DNA from: Rhodosorus marinus CCMP1338
Taxonomy: Eukaryota > Plantae > Rhodophyta
Assembly (NCBI GenBank): GCA_029953675.1
Contig: JAMWBK010000011.1
Span: 434,001-498,000 of the forward strand
DNA length: 64,000 nt
Direction: 5' to 3'
Below are positions 11,721 to 25,514 of this stretch, in pieces. Made by a program: the position numbers and the translations under genes. The notes below the pieces were generated by a model. It had not been told where the DNA came from and searched no databases. It saw only the letters and a program-made list of their open reading frames with translations. Positions within the stretch are counted from its first letter, which is position 1. Each line of letters opens with the position of its first letter.

Positions 11721-14484
11721 AATATTTCCTAAAAGCACTGGATGATATCTGACGGTTTGCTGGAATTCGCAAATTTGATAATTCAATAGGCGAAGTGACA
11801 GCTTGTCGCTCCAAAAATAATCATGATTCAATATCCGCAATGGAGATGATTGATTATTAGACGAACAATGATTGAAAATTCGGACATTTTATCGGACCCG
11901 CAATCAGACTGTGTTTTGAATATTTTCAACTCGTCGTCTAGACTGTCCAATTAGCTTCGAGAAGTTTGGAAACTCAATGGGCAGGAGAATATTTGATTTC
12001 ACACCACCCGAAGTTTCTAATTTTGTCTATAGTCTATCTAAGACAAAATAACGGACGTGTCATATAACCGTTATCAGACAGTTTATGACTACCCTATCAT
12101 TTGGCTTCTCAACAGGCTACGTGCGCTAAAAAAGGAAAAAAACATGAATTCATATGGAGAACTTTTCCAGATTCGCCTAAGTCCCGCATTGTTGGGATTT
12201 TCGATCGTGATACTGAATTACGCGACAATATCTGAGGCATTGACAGGTTCCGATTAAACCATTCGTTCGACAGGTTTTATTGATAACTCACGGGTGGGCA
12301 TCTCATCGTGTTTGGACGAAGGTAACTATTTAGTAGTTCTCTGGACAGTCCAAACGGGAACTGTTGGTAGAGATTGAGAGCGCATGGGAGAGAGACTTTT
12401 GGTACGGGTTTACCAAACAGTACGGACATGAGCATTCTATAGGGCTTTTCGCCGGTCGCGAACACCCCATCGGCGCGAGAGGCATGTATAGCGCAAAAGA
12501 TCGAAGCGTTCGGTCCCGCTTGCCAAACTTCGTCAACGCTTTCTCCTTTGCCAGTTGTGTTAACAATCAAGCTTTAGGTGGAAGCGTGAACGGTTGAGTT
12601 TTTTGTTCTCGGTTTCCAGTACGGAGAAACTTTGGGTTTTTACTTTACGGATCTTCGATTTGAGTCCTCCACCTGTTGTTTCGGGATCGTTTTTGGTTTG
12701 AAGAACACACATGCTCTCCACACGTGGATTTTGAGTTGTTTTCACTCCATTTGAATGGTGCGTCGTTGATGTCCTAGAAGTGGGAGTGGCCCCGCCCTCG
12801 GAGCATGTTTTTAGTTTTGTTATTTTCTCATTTGGTTGCCAGATCTGTTTTAATTGTGAGACTGAGGTCCCGAAATAGGGTACGCTAGGAAGCACGCACA
12901 GACCGCAAAAAAAGGAAAAACGATTGATTACTAGCCACTGACCGACTCTAATAGGAGACTAACAACCTTTCCGTTGATGAGTTCCTTCTGCGTGTGAGCA
13001 GATTGTGCACATTATCCGGGCGTCCCTGAGCATCTGCGGAAATCGCTCCTCTCCGCCTGGATCGCGTTGACAGACAGGCGCTCGCCCAACAATTCGCTCG
13101 TTATTTCCCGGAAGTCCCTCCTGCCTTAGCGCAGGGTTAGCCCTACCGCCGGATGATATGCCCTCGTTCTAATCTCACCAAGGAGACCGATTGGGCCCGA
13201 TCCTGCGCGCGCCAGCTCTATTCCCTGTTCTCGATCACCTGCGGAAGTGTTTCCCCAAAATCAACGTCTGGCTTTTCATAACGATTTCTCGCCCCTGGCC
13301 CCCGTACATCATACTAGAAATAGGTTTTGCAATGGAGCCACGACCAGCTGCGGAGGATGGTCAAAGAGAACTTCGAGATGCGCATCCGATGTTCAATCAA
13401 CGCTAGTCGAATAATCAATCATTTCATTTCCGGATCAGCCTTTTGGATCATAATTATTTCTTGGTATGAGAACCTCTGTCTCAGCGTCCTGACTTCTAAT
13501 TAAGTCTCGGCTTGCTAGAAAAGACTATCACGTAACGAATCATGACTACTTGTGAAACGATGGCCTGCCGTACCGTTGTTTGTGGGGCAAGGACTGGGAG
13601 TAGAACAAGCGCATTCCAAAAGGAAGTTTGAGATACTGGACAGCAATCGGTCGTTATCGGAGCATTTAGCGGACGAAGCCTCTACGTTTATTTTCTATTC
13701 AGGTTCGAAAAACTTAAATTGGAGGGGAGTCCTCGGCAAACGCCCTTCAGTATTTCCAAATGCAGGTGCGGTAAACGTTGCTCAGACTTATTTTTAACCT
13801 ATGCAATCGGACGTTCTTTTTTCGGACGGAGATGACAACCTTATGCAGGAGTACAAAACCGTAATCCTCATCCGGAACTACTGAGAGTTCGTTTGGAAAG
13901 CTAGTGCAAGTCTTGGCCGCGCGTTCGCGGCATTAGACGGACAGAAATTTAGCATTTCTCCCTAGTTTCTAGTTCCCCTTCACGGCCTGAGCAGCGCTTC
14001 AGGCTAGCTAGTAAGTCCATCCAGTATAAGTATACACAATCTATTTTTGAATCGCGCTAGAAAGTTTGAGCGCGTGTGTAAAAGAGAGTCGAAGACTTTG
14101 AATGCGGACTGTCACCAAAACTCTCTAATAAGCGCTGACAGTTAGTCAGGAGCGGCAGGAGCGTAGGGGTGGCGGTCACGAACCAATTCACCCGGTTCGG
14201 TTGTGTGAAGCACTGCGAAATGAACCTATTTTGCTTTCCAATTGTCGCTGAATCCCCTTCAGAAACCCCGATGGTTACTGTCAGCGGCGTCATGTAGCGT
14301 GGAGGTGGCAGTCACTCCGGTCATTGCTCTGGGCGGAACGAGGTACATTTCTCCTTCGAGGAATACCGGAATTTGCACACCTGACGTACGCGTTCTCTCA
14401 GGAATGCTTGTTCACAGCCCTTGCGCAGATACTGGTTTTTTGTTTTTTTTTCAGCCTCCGATTAAACCATTCGTTCGATACTGG

Positions 14485-14660
14485 GTTAAAGTGTGGGTAA
14501 AGCTGACGGTTACACTGGTCTGGGGTTACCGCATTTTGTGGCAGCACAATGCTGCGCTAGTTGAGCACGCGATCAAGAAAGATCGCGCAGATAGACCGAT
14601 ATTTCCCCTAAGTAGAATTTAGATGAGACTCCTGGACAGGGAGTCCAGGTTTGATTAGTG
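14485..14660 (+). mobile_element. Possible further RLE family (F) 3' fragment
   Basis: LWQHNAALVEH resembles the LWRSNAAL C-terminal motif. This segment is absent from the paralogous upstream blocks. Confidence 0.45.
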
Positions 14661-14900
14661 CGTACGTAGTGATCGTGAGATGCGCTACATTAGGTAGCTG
14701 CGCAATAAAGGCTACGGGGTTATAAGTAAAGCGCCGCAAGCTAGGTGTGGGATGGTTTGAAGAAGGGATATGGGACAAGTCCTACATTGGTAGAAGCGGG
14801 GAATCTGATGAGCGCTGACAACTGAATTTGCAGAGGAGTGAAAGAGTTTGTAGACCTTGGGCAGAAGTTGTCTAGTTGGTTTAGAAAGAGTGGATTGAAC

Positions 14901-15430
14901 ATGATGAGGTTGAGTGCTTTAATTCTGGTCACCCTATTAGGGTTCACAGTGGCGGTTCCATTGACGCAGAAAATTCATCTTGCTGAGAAAGTACAGGCAG
15001 ATGGTCAGGCATGGGCACTCCCAGCAGCCGGGGTTGAGGTTGAGCCGGGGGTTACGTGGGTTGAGGAGCATGTAGCCCGCGTTGAGGTTGAGGTTGAGGT
15101 TGAGGAGGCCCAATCCGGGGTTGGGTTTGAGAAGGCCGGACCTGTGGTTGAGGTTGAGAAGGTCGGACCTGTGGTTGAGGTTGAGAAGGCCGGACCTGGG
15201 GTTGAGGTTGAGCCGGGGGGTACGTGGGTTGAGGAGCATGTAGCCCGCGCTGAGGTTGAGGTTGGGATCCCGTAGCCCGCGTTCAAGTTGAGGAGTCCGG
15301 AGCCGGGGTTGAGGTTGAAGAGGCTGGAGCCGGCGTTGAGATTGAGGAGCCCGTAGTCGGCGCTGAAGTTCCTGTGCAGTTCCTTGGAATTTTGGAAACA
15401 AGAGATCGTATTATCAACAACTTCAACTAG
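14901..15430 (+). CDS. Secreted Glu/Val-rich repeat protein, copy 2 (short); 1-bp deletion at ~15265 gives a stop at 15275
   Basis: Same signal peptide, with modules VEVEKAGP(V/G) and VEPGVTWVEEHVAR. The tail VPVQFLGILETRDRIINNFN* is out of frame. Confidence 0.72.
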
Positions 15431-15933
15431 AGTGAATCTGGTAACCAACTGTGCTCGCTTGTTCTGGAAATGTTGCGCGAGTTTAAACTGCTGATATAGT
15501 TATCCTCATAAAATTCAAAGATTCTTAGCAAATACCTATCGCGTGAACACTGGCCTAGAGTTGGTGACACGGTTGAAGTGGAAGAGGAACTGCCGCGATC
15601 AGCCTCGGCTAGGACCGCCCGGCTTTCAATTGCAGATCTTCTGGTCTCGGACGTCGCCGCTCGATTCGCAGTATTTGGATCTTGCTGCCACTTCACCTGT
15701 ACTGACTTACCACCGTTCCAAATTGTTGGAGGGCTTTGGGTTTTTGTGAGGGTTTTTTAGGGATTTTCGCTGCTTTAGGTATCTCGTACTACTTTTTGGA
15801 GGCATCACCGCGAACACCCCATCGGTGTGAGAGGCATGCATAGCTCCAAAGATCGAAGTGGTCGCTGCCGCTGGGCAACCTTCGTCAACGCTTTCTCCTT
15901 TGCCAGTTGTGTTAATAATGAAGCTTTAGGTGG

Positions 15934-16145
15934 GCTTTACTAGCATATCCTGAAGCGCTACGCAATGATGAAAAGGAACTAAGAACTAGGGAGGGAAGCG
16001 TGCAAACCCCTGCGCCGATGGCGCGTTTCGGCAAGCATGCTGCTGGAATATCGCCACAAGGCGGCACTCAACCGCCGTAAAAGCGCCAAGTACTCAGTAG
16101 GATGCTCAGCGAAACATTTCCGCAACCACTCTAAACCCGACTTTC
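15934..16145 (-). mobile_element. Family C element, 5'-truncated
   Basis: Reverse complement of the 5738-5970 type, with TSD tttaggt(g/a)g at 15925-15933 and 16146-16154. Paralogs show the empty site gctttaggtggaagcgtg. Confidence 0.8.
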
Positions 16146-17539
16146 TTTAGGTAGAAGCGTGAGCGGTTGAGTTTTTAGTTTTCGGTTTCGAGTACAGAGT
16201 GACTTTGGGTTTTTACTTTGCGTATCTTCAATTTGAGTCCACTTGTTGTTTGGAGATCCTTTTTGGATTGAAGAAAACACGCGCTCTCCCCACGTGGATT
16301 TTAGGTTGTTGCTACTATATTTGAACGGTGCGTCGTTGATGTCCTAGGAGTTGGAATGCCCCCCACCTCGGAGCATGTTTTTAGTTTTGGAATTTTGTCA
16401 TTTGCCAGATCGGTTTTAATTGGGAGACTGAGTCCCCAAATGTGGTACGAAGCACCCCCGGACCGCAAAAATGGAAAAACAATTGATTACTCTTGCCACC
16501 GACTCCCTGACTCGGAGACTAACAACCTTTACTTTTACGAGGAATCTGCCTTCCCAATTGGAGGCTCGTAATTCAAACTTTACTGGTTGCATTTCCAATA
16601 TTATTAGCTCCTGAGAGCGTTTCCCGGAGTAGTTGCGAACGGCTGTTTGCAGCTATTCACAACTCTTTCCAGCAGGCTCGGCTGTTTGCTGTAATTCGAA
16701 GTCTAAAACCTGTGGATTTTGGGTGGAAATAGTGAGCTATCAGACACCCACCACAATATCAAATGGAAATTATTTTTGCAACGCCTGATTGTTGTTTGGC
16801 TATGCATGTGAATCTCACAAGGGGGGTCGATTGGGGTGCATCAAACGTCAGTAAGGATGTGTTTGAGCGACTTTGATATGGGGGCCTTGGTGGAGGTATG
16901 CTCAGAGTAGTTCCAAGTTCTCTTCCGCATGTAACGTGCGACTCCCAGGCCCAATGAAGGATCCGTTCCCAATCACCCGAAGCTTCGACCAATTGCGATT
17001 CCGAAGACGCTGCGGGAGCTGACGGCGCTAGCACTCGCCAAGCGAGTGCTAGCGAGTTCGCGCGAGAACGTGCGCGAGATTTGTTCGTGCCAGTACAATT
17101 GGGCATCCAAGTTCCTTCGATGATGGTTTATTCAGAGCCTAACTACCCTGAGAAGCGAGAAAATTAACCCCAGGTTAACGAAACCCCAGGCTATTGTCTT
17201 AAACAAGACGCTCATGACGCACGTGCACCAATAAAGCAAGCGTTGGAGCACCAGAGGATCAAGGACAGCTAATTGAGGAGGCTATCAAGGCGCCCTGGGT
17301 TCTTCCGAAAGAGCACACCAAGCTAACGAGAACCTACACTATCAACTAAACTAAAGCACTCGATGACGAGTGAAGCAAACTGGTAGGTAGGACAATGCCG
17401 AATCGCGAAGCGTAGAGTCTAACATTGCCGCAGCATACTGGGATTCCTTCCGTTGATGAGTTCCTTTGCGTGTGAGCAGATTGTGCGCACTATCCGAGCG
17501 TCCCTGAGCATCTGCGAAATCGCTCTTCTTTCCCTGGAT

Positions 17540-18427
17540 ATCCTTTCTTGGGACTTGCACCGTGCTGCATATGGCCGACTCCTCGCGCAGATGGTCTCAT
17601 CTTCTCGCGCTCGCGCCCGCCTACGTAGTCTTGGAGGGGTTCTTAGCTCTCAGTGGCTCATGACCGTACCAGCCTTTCCGCCACTCACACTGTCGGATTT
17701 CGAAGTGCGTACTTCACTGCGCTTATACCTCGGCTTACAGCAGCCCCCTTGGCCGTACGAGATGGGTTCGTCGTGCCCTCTCTGCTCTCAGACTGAAGAC
17801 AACGCAGATTTTGGCGCCCACCTGCTCGCTAGTTGCCCGGCGGTGAAAGGTGCTCGAACCCGCCGCCACACACGGATCTTGAACCTGTTATACCGGGAAC
17901 TTCGGCCTATAGTCCGGCAAGCCGGTCTGGAAATCGAACGTGAGAAACCTTTACCCGTCGCGGACTTTCAAAATGATGAACGCCGTGTAGCCGACCTGGT
18001 GATCACCTGTGACGACAGCCGCCGTACCACATACGTTGATCTTGCTGTTCCTAACCCTCAAGCTAGTCGTTATCTCCCGGCTGCGGGGGAGCGCCGTGGA
18101 TCTGCCGCCGCCAGCATGAGACGCCGCAAAGAGATCAAATACGCGGGGGCTTTGTCTTCCCCTGGTGTTCGTGCTTCGGCACTAGCACATCGCTTGGTAC
18201 CCCTGATCATTGAGTGCTTTGGGTTCATGGACTATGTTGGTTCTCGCTGGCTTCGGGAGTTGTTCCGCGAACGCCCTGACCGTCTTCAATCGTTGTTTAC
18301 CCGCTTAAGTTTCGTGCTGTGGCGCATGAATGCCGCTTTGATGTTGGAGGCGCGAGTACTTCGCCGCGCTTAGTCTTTTTTTCCCCTCGGGGTTTTTTTT
18401 TTCAGCCTCCGATTAAACCATTCGTTC
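17540..18427 (+). mobile_element. Family A RLE non-LTR retrotransposon, 5'-truncated, intact C-terminal ORF
   Basis: CCHC CPLCSQTEDNADFGAHLLASC, RTRRHTRIL, endonuclease RRVADLVI...YVDLAVPNP...KEIKY. 3' UTR is T7-cccctcgggg-T9-cagcctccgattaaaccattcgttc. TSD ggat; empty site at ~6815. Confidence 0.93.
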
Positions 18428-20052
18428 GGATCTGCATAACGCATGCAATCGCGTTGACAGGCAGGCCCTCGCCCAACAATTCAATCGTTATTTCCCGGAA
18501 GTCCTGCCTTAGCGCAGGGTTATCCCTACCACCGGATGATATGCCCTCGTTCTAATCTCACCAAGGAGACCGATCTGCCCGATCCTGCACGCGCCAGCTC
18601 TATTTCCTGTTCTCGATCACCTGCGGAAGCGTTTCCCCGAAATCAACGTACTGACTTTTCATGACGATTTCTCGCCCCTGGCCCCTGTGTACATCATACT
18701 GGACATACTAGACTAGGTTTTGCAATGGAGCCACAACCACCTTGCGGGGGATGGTCAGAGAGAGGTTCGAGATGCACATCCGATGTTCAATCAACGCTAG
18801 TCGAATAATCAATCATTTCATTTCCGGATCAGCCTTTTGGATCATAATTATTTCTTGGTATGAGAACTTCTCTCTGATGTCATGACCTCTGATTACATAT
18901 CTAAAAGCTTGCGAAATTGTCATGTAACGAATCATGACGACTTGTGAACTGATGGCCCCCCCTGCCGTACCGTTGTTTGTGAGGCAAGGACTGGGAGTAG
19001 AACAATCGCATTCCAAAAGGAAGTTTAAGATACCGGAAAACAATCGGTCGTTATTCGGAGCTTTTAGCCTACGAAGGCTCTGCGTTTATTTTCTATTCAG
19101 GTTAGATAAACTTAAATTGGAGGGGAGTTCTCAGCAAACGCCTTTTAGTACTTACCAATCTCAGGTCCGGTAAACGTCGCTCAGACCGCTCGATTTTTTT
19201 TTAACCTACGTATCCGCACGTTCTTTTTTCGGACGGAGATGACAACCTTATACAGGAGTACAAAACCGTAATCCTCATCCGGAACTACTGAGAGTTCGTT
19301 TGGAAAGCAAGTACAAAAACAAGTCTTGGCCGCGCATCCGCGACATTAGACGGACAGAAATTTAGCATTTCTCCCTAGTTGCTAGTTCCCTTTCACGCCC
19401 TGAGTAGCGCTTCAGGCTATGCTAGTAAGTCCATCCAGCATAAGTCTACACAATTTGTTTTTGAATAGCGCTAGAAAGTTGGAGCACGTACGTGAAAGAG
19501 AGACCCCGAATGTGGATTGTCACCAAAACTCTCTAATGAGCGCTGACAGTTAGCGGGAGCGTCAGGCAGCGTAGTGGTGGCAGTCACGAACCAATTCACC
19601 CGCGCGCTCCCGGTTAGTTTGCATGAAGCACAGCGAAATGAACTTATTTTGCTTTCCAACAGTCACTGAGTCCCCTTCAGAAACCCGATGGTTACCATCA
19701 GCAGCGTCAGGCAGCGTGGAGGTGGCAGTCACTCAGGTCATTGGGCTCTGGGCGGAACGAGGTACATTGCTCCTCCGAGGAATACTGGAATTTCAACACC
19801 TGACGTACGCATTCTCACAGGAATGCTTGTTCACGGCCTTTGCGCGGGTACGTGGTCTGGGATTATAAGTAAAGCGCCACAAGCTAGGTGTTCGGATGGG
19901 TTGAAGAAGGGATATGTGACAAGTCCTACAGTCCTACATTGGTAGAAGCCAGGAATCTGATGAGCGCTAATAACTGAATTTGCAGAGGAGTGAAAGAGCT
20001 TGTAGACCGTGGGCAGAAGTTGTCTAGTTAGTGTAGAAAGAGTGGATTGAAC

Positions 20053-21273
20053 ATGATGAGGTTGAGTGCTTTAATTCTGGTCACCCTATTAGGGTTCACA
20101 GTGGCGGTTCCATTGATGCAGAAAGTTCATCTTGCTAAGAACGTACAGGCAGATGTTCAGGCATGGGCACTCCCAGCAGCCGGGGTTGAGGTTGAGGCGG
20201 CCGAAGCTCGCCGTGGGGTTGAAGATCCTGCAGCCCGCGTTGAGGTTGAGGTTGAGTCGGCAGAAGCTCGCCGTGGGGTTGAGGTTGAGTCGGCCGAAGC
20301 TCGCCGTGGGGTTGAGGTTGAGTCGGAAGCTCGCCGGGGGGTTGAAGCTCGCCGTGGGGTTGAAGATCCTGCAGCCCGCGTTGAGGTTGAGGTTGAGAAG
20401 GCCGGACCTGGGGTTGAAGTTGAGTCGGCCGAAGCTCGCCGGGGGGTTGAGGTTGAGTCGGCCGAAGCTCGCCGGGGGGTTGAGGTTGAGTCGGCCGAAG
20501 CTCGCCGGGGGGTTGAGGTTGAGTCGGCCGAAGCTCGCCGGGGGTTGAGGTTCAGGCGACCTACTCCGGGGTTGAGGTTGAGGCGGCAGAAGCTCGCCGT
20601 GGGGTTGAAGACCCTGTAGCCCGCGCTGAGGTTGAGGTTGAGTCGGCCGAAGCTCGCCGTGGGGTTGAGGTTGAGGCGGCAGAAGCTCGCCGTGGGGTTG
20701 AAGACCCTGTAGCCCGCGCTGAGGTTGAGGTTGAGTCGGCCGAAGCTCGCCGTGGGGTTGAAGATCCTGCAGCCCGCGTTGAGGTTGAGGTTGAGAAGGC
20801 CGGACCTGGGGTTGAAGTTGAGTCGGCCGAAGCTCGCCGGGGGGTTGAAGCTCGCCGGGGGGTTGAAGCTCGCCGTGGGGTTGAAGATCCTGCAGTTCGC
20901 GTTGAGGTTGAGGTTGAGAAGGCCGGACCTGGGGTTGAAGTTGAGTCGAACGAAGCTCGCCGGGGGGTTGAGGTTGAGAAGGCCGGACCTGGGGTTGAAG
21001 TTGAGTCGGCCGAAGCTCGCCGTGGGGTTGAAGCTCGCCGTGGGGTTGAAGCTCGCCGTGGGGTTGAAGCTCGCCGTGGGGTTGAAGATCCTGCAGCCCG
21101 CGTTGAGGTTGAGGAGGCCTACTCCGGGGTTGAGGTTGAGGAAGGACGGAGTTGAGGTTGAGAAGAACGGAGCCGGCGTTGAGGTTGAGGAGCCCTTAGT
21201 CGGCGCTGAAGTTCCCGTGCAGTTCTTTGGAATTGCGGAAACAAGAGATCGTATTATCAACAACTTCAACTAG
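20053..21273 (+). CDS. Secreted Glu/Val-rich repeat protein, copy 3; a G5 run at 20540-20544 shifts the frame, stop at 20619
   Basis: Same signal peptide and repeat modules as copy 1. The conserved tail ends at 21273. Confidence 0.72.
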
Positions 21274-23305
21274 AGTGAAACTGGTAACCAACTGTGCTCG
21301 CTTGTTCTAGAAATGTCGCGCGAGTTTAAACTGCTGATATAGTTATCCTCATAAAATACAAAGATTCTTAGCAATACCTATCGCGCGAACACTGGACTAG
21401 AGTTGGTGACACGGTTGAAGTGGAAGAGGAACTCTCGCGATCAGCTTCGGCTAGTACCGCCCGGCTTTCAATTGCAGATCTTCTAGTCTCGGACGTCGCC
21501 GCTCGACGCGTAGTATTTGGATCTTGCCGTCACTTGCCCGACATCCCCCTTTATTCAGAGCGCTATCTTCAACTTGCCCCATGTGAAATACCTCTCTTCC
21601 ATCTGGCGCCTATAGTCTTCTTTCCCCCCTGCCCACTCGCGAAGTATGGGGTGCTGCCTCACCTCTCAATGACTTACCACCGTTCCAAATTGTTGGAGGG
21701 TTTTGGGCTGCTTCCCAAGTTTCTTGGCTTTTTGGGGGACTGACGCGGGTGTTTTATCAGTGTTTCCTGGGGTCGCTCTTCGAACACGAGTTTTGGTCAG
21801 TTTTCAATTGTGGTTTTTATTTGGTTGCGTGTTCTCACTAGTGATGCAGTAGACGGAGCTCTCGGCTCCCTCAGGGTCGGACAGGAATTAGGGATTTGAC
21901 CTCTGCGGCGGCTCAGTGCCTTCCGCTGATTTTGCTGGGCACTGGTTGGCACCTTGTCCGCAGGTCCTAGGAGCCCGGACGCCATACGCGGCTCTACCGC
22001 TTGCTGTTCCGCTATCTTCGTTCTCAGGTGCTAGTGGGCACGGACCGAGATGTGGAGTATGAGGTCCCCCTGCCGGTGGCAACGGCAATTGCTGAAGCGG
22101 TTGACGCCCCAGTAGTGCAACGGGTGGCGGACCTTGTGGTCACTGATCTGACTGCTCGCGGGAGTGAGTACATCGACCTTTCTACAACTTGTCCCCAGGT
22201 TACCAGATACTTTTCAGCGTCTGCTCGACGCCGAGGCGCTGCAACTCGGTCAATGCGGCAACTGAGGGAATCTAAGTACGCTTCGCCTATGTTAGACTCT
22301 ACGATTCGGCATTGTCCTACAGGTTGTTCCACTTACCATCGAGTGCTTTGGTTTAGTTGATAGTGTGTGTTCTCGTTGGCTCTTTCGGAGGATGAAGGGA
22401 ACAAACCGGTATGATAATGCTGAGTCGCGAAACGTAGACTGCAACATCGCCTCAGCTTGTTGCGATTTTTCCAATTGCCCCATTGACCGAGCTGCAGCTC
22501 AACAGTACCAACCGGATACAGGGAGGTACCAGGTCGCCTAAGTACAACTGGTAGAAATTTCAATATACTCACCTCGATGAGCCCTCAGATCAGTTCGCGC
22601 AAGCTTCCCTTTCTTCAGGTTTATTCAGAGCCTAACCTATCTGAGAAGCGAGAGACCAGACGCTGATGACGCGGGTCTACAAACAAAGAAGCATTTGAGG
22701 GCTACAGGGTCACAGAAAGCTCCGTTAGCAGACCATCTAGACGCCCTGGGTCGTTGCGAAAGATACCTCGCAGCCAGCGAGAACCTTGACTATCTATTAA
22801 GCTAAAGCATTCAATAATGACGGGGACAAACCGGTATGTAACGGCCGAATCGCAAAAAGTAGGGTTTGACACCGCTGCCGCGTGCTGTGATTCTTGCACA
22901 TGCCGCATGGACCGAGCTGCAGCTCCTCGACGCCGAGCGGACGCTGGCAGGTACCTGGTCGCCTGAGGACAAGGGATGGATAGGTTCCCTGTCCTGTTTA
23001 ATATTCCCCAAAAGGATTGGATGATAACTGACGGTTTGTGGGAACTCAAAATAATGATAATTCAATACACGAGATGACAGCTTGTCATTCGGAAACATTA
23101 TCATGATTCAATATTCTCATCGAAGATGATTGATTATTAGACTAACGTTGATTGAGAAATATCAGAGAATTTTATTGAACTCACAATCAGACTGTGTTTT
23201 GGATATTTTCAACACCACACCACACGAATTTTCTAATTTTGTTTATAGTCTATCTAAGACAAAATGAATGAATGGTTTAAGACAAAATAACGGACGTGTC
23301 ATATA

Positions 23306-24809
23306 CGAACGAATGGTTTAATCGGAGGCTGAAAAAAAAACCCCGAGGGGAAAAAAATACTAAGCGCGGCGAAGTACTCGCGCCTCCAACATCAAAGCGG
23401 CATTCATGCGCCACAGCACGAAACTTAAGCGGGTAAACAACGATTGAAGACGGTCAGGGCGTTCGCGGAACAACTCCCGAAGCCAGCGAGAACCAACAGA
23501 GTCCATGAACCCAAAGCACTCAATGATCAGGGGTACCAAGCGATGTGCTAGTGCCGAAGCACGAACACCAGGGGAAGACAAAGCCCCCGCGTATTTGATC
23601 TCTTTGCGGCGTCTCATGCTGGCGGCGGCAGATCCACGGCGCTCCCCCGCAGCCGGGAGATAACGACTAGCTTGAGGGTTAGGAACAGCAAGATCAACGT
23701 ATGTGGTACGGCGGCTGTCGTCACAGGTGATCACCAGGTCGGCTACACGGCGTTCATCATTTTGAAAGTCCGCGACGGGTAAAGGTTTCTCACGTTCGAT
23801 TTCCAGACCGGCTTGCCGGACTATAGGCCGAAGTTCCCGGTATAACAGGTTCAAGATCCGTGTGTGGCGGCGGGTTCGAGCACCTTTCACCGCCGAGCAA
23901 CTAGCGAGCAGGTGGGCGCCAAAATCTGCGTTGTCTTCAGTCTGAGAGCAGAGAGGGCACGACGAACCCATCTCGTACGGCCAAGGGGGCTGATGTAAGC
24001 CGAGGTATAAGCGCAGTGAAGTACGCACTTCGAAATCCGACAGTGTGAGTGGCGGAAAGGCTGGTACGGTCATGAGCCACTGAGAGCTAAGAACCCCTCC
24101 AAGACTAAGTAGGCGGGCGCGAGCGCGAGAAGATGAGACCATCTGCGCGAGGAGTCGGCCATATGCAGCACGGTGCAAGTCCCAAGAAAGGATATTTTGC
24201 AGCGCATCCGTGCGTGCTTGAGCTCGGCTCCCAGCGCGCTGGGAATCATCAGGAGGATCAACTGGAACTTCTTCTTCTGCGGCAACCACTGGGTCAATCT
24301 CCCCTAGAACAGGTTCAGGCGCAGGACGAATCCCCGGGGCGGAGTCTCGAGAGCGGTCAAATACAGCTCGCCAGTCAGGAAGACGGGGTTGAACGGTTTC
24401 GGGGAGACTAGTACAGGAATTCAGGGCGGTTTGGAGCTCCAGAAACAAGTCTTGGGCGCTTTCCGGTACCGTGGGAAGCAAGACACCCCGCGAGAGGCTC
24501 GCCATCAAATTGCGGAACTTCGAGATACCCAAGCTGCTCAAAGTGGGAAGTGCGGTTCCCCAGGCCCCTACTGCGGCTGCAGGTTGGACCACAACACGAT
24601 TGCAGAGGCCCAGTCCCCCCAATCGCAATGGGAGGCCTACCTGGGCGCGCACGACATCACAGGTGGGTCGCGGCAGAGCGCTCAGCTCTTCATCGAGAAA
24701 ATACCCTAGGTCACGGAAACTTTCAGCATCCGCACGAGTGGCCAACCACCGGCCCCAATGAGTTGGAAGTGAGCGAAGCCAATAGGTTAACCGCTGACTG
24801 CAACAATAC
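23306..24809 (-). mobile_element. Family A RLE element, 1.5 kb, 5'-truncated, 6-bp TSD
   Basis: The 461-aa ORF (24745-23360) covers the thumb/linker (QVGLPLRLGGLGL), CCHC and RLE. TSD catata at 23300-23305 and 24810-24815; empty site at ~12060. Confidence 0.93.
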
Positions 24810-25514
24810 CATATAACTGCTATCAGACAGTTTATGACAACAATATCATTTGCCTTCTCAACAGGCTACGTACGCTAAAAAAGGAAAACGTGAGTTTATA
24901 TGGAGAACTTTTCCAGATTCGCCAAAGTCCCGCATTGTTCGGACTTTCGATCATGACACTGAATTACGCTAATACTTAACCATTCGTTCGTAATACTGAG
25001 ACGATATCTGACGCATTGACAGGTTTTATTGATAACTCCTGGGTCTGCATCTCATCGTGTTTGGACGAAGGTAACTATTTAGAAGTTCTCTGGACAGTCC
25101 AAGCGGGAACTGTTGGTGGAGATTGGGAGCGCATGGGAGACAGACTTTTGATATGGGTTTACCAAAACAGTACGGACATAAGCATTCTATAGGGCTTTTC
25201 GTCGGTTCTAACACCCCATCGGTGCGAGAGGCATGTACAGCGCAAAAGATCGAAACGTTCGTTGCCGCTGGCCAAACTCCGTCAACGCCTTCTCCTTTGC
25301 CGGTTGTGTTAATAATCAAGCTTTAGGTGGAAGCGTGAAAGGTTGAGTTTTTAGTTTTCGGTTTCGAGTCCGGGAGAAACTTTGCCTTTTTACTTTACGT
25401 TTCTTCGATTTGCGTCCTGTTTGGAGATCATTTTTGGTTTGAAGAACACACGCTCTCCCCACATGGATTTTAGGTTGTTTTCACTATATTGGAATGGTGC
25501 GTCGTTGATGTCCT

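Noticed and set aside
18373-18405. cccc-tc-gggg hairpin plus T run as a rho-independent terminator
   Set aside because: The sequence is eukaryotic, and this is part of the family A 3' UTR present in every long copy.
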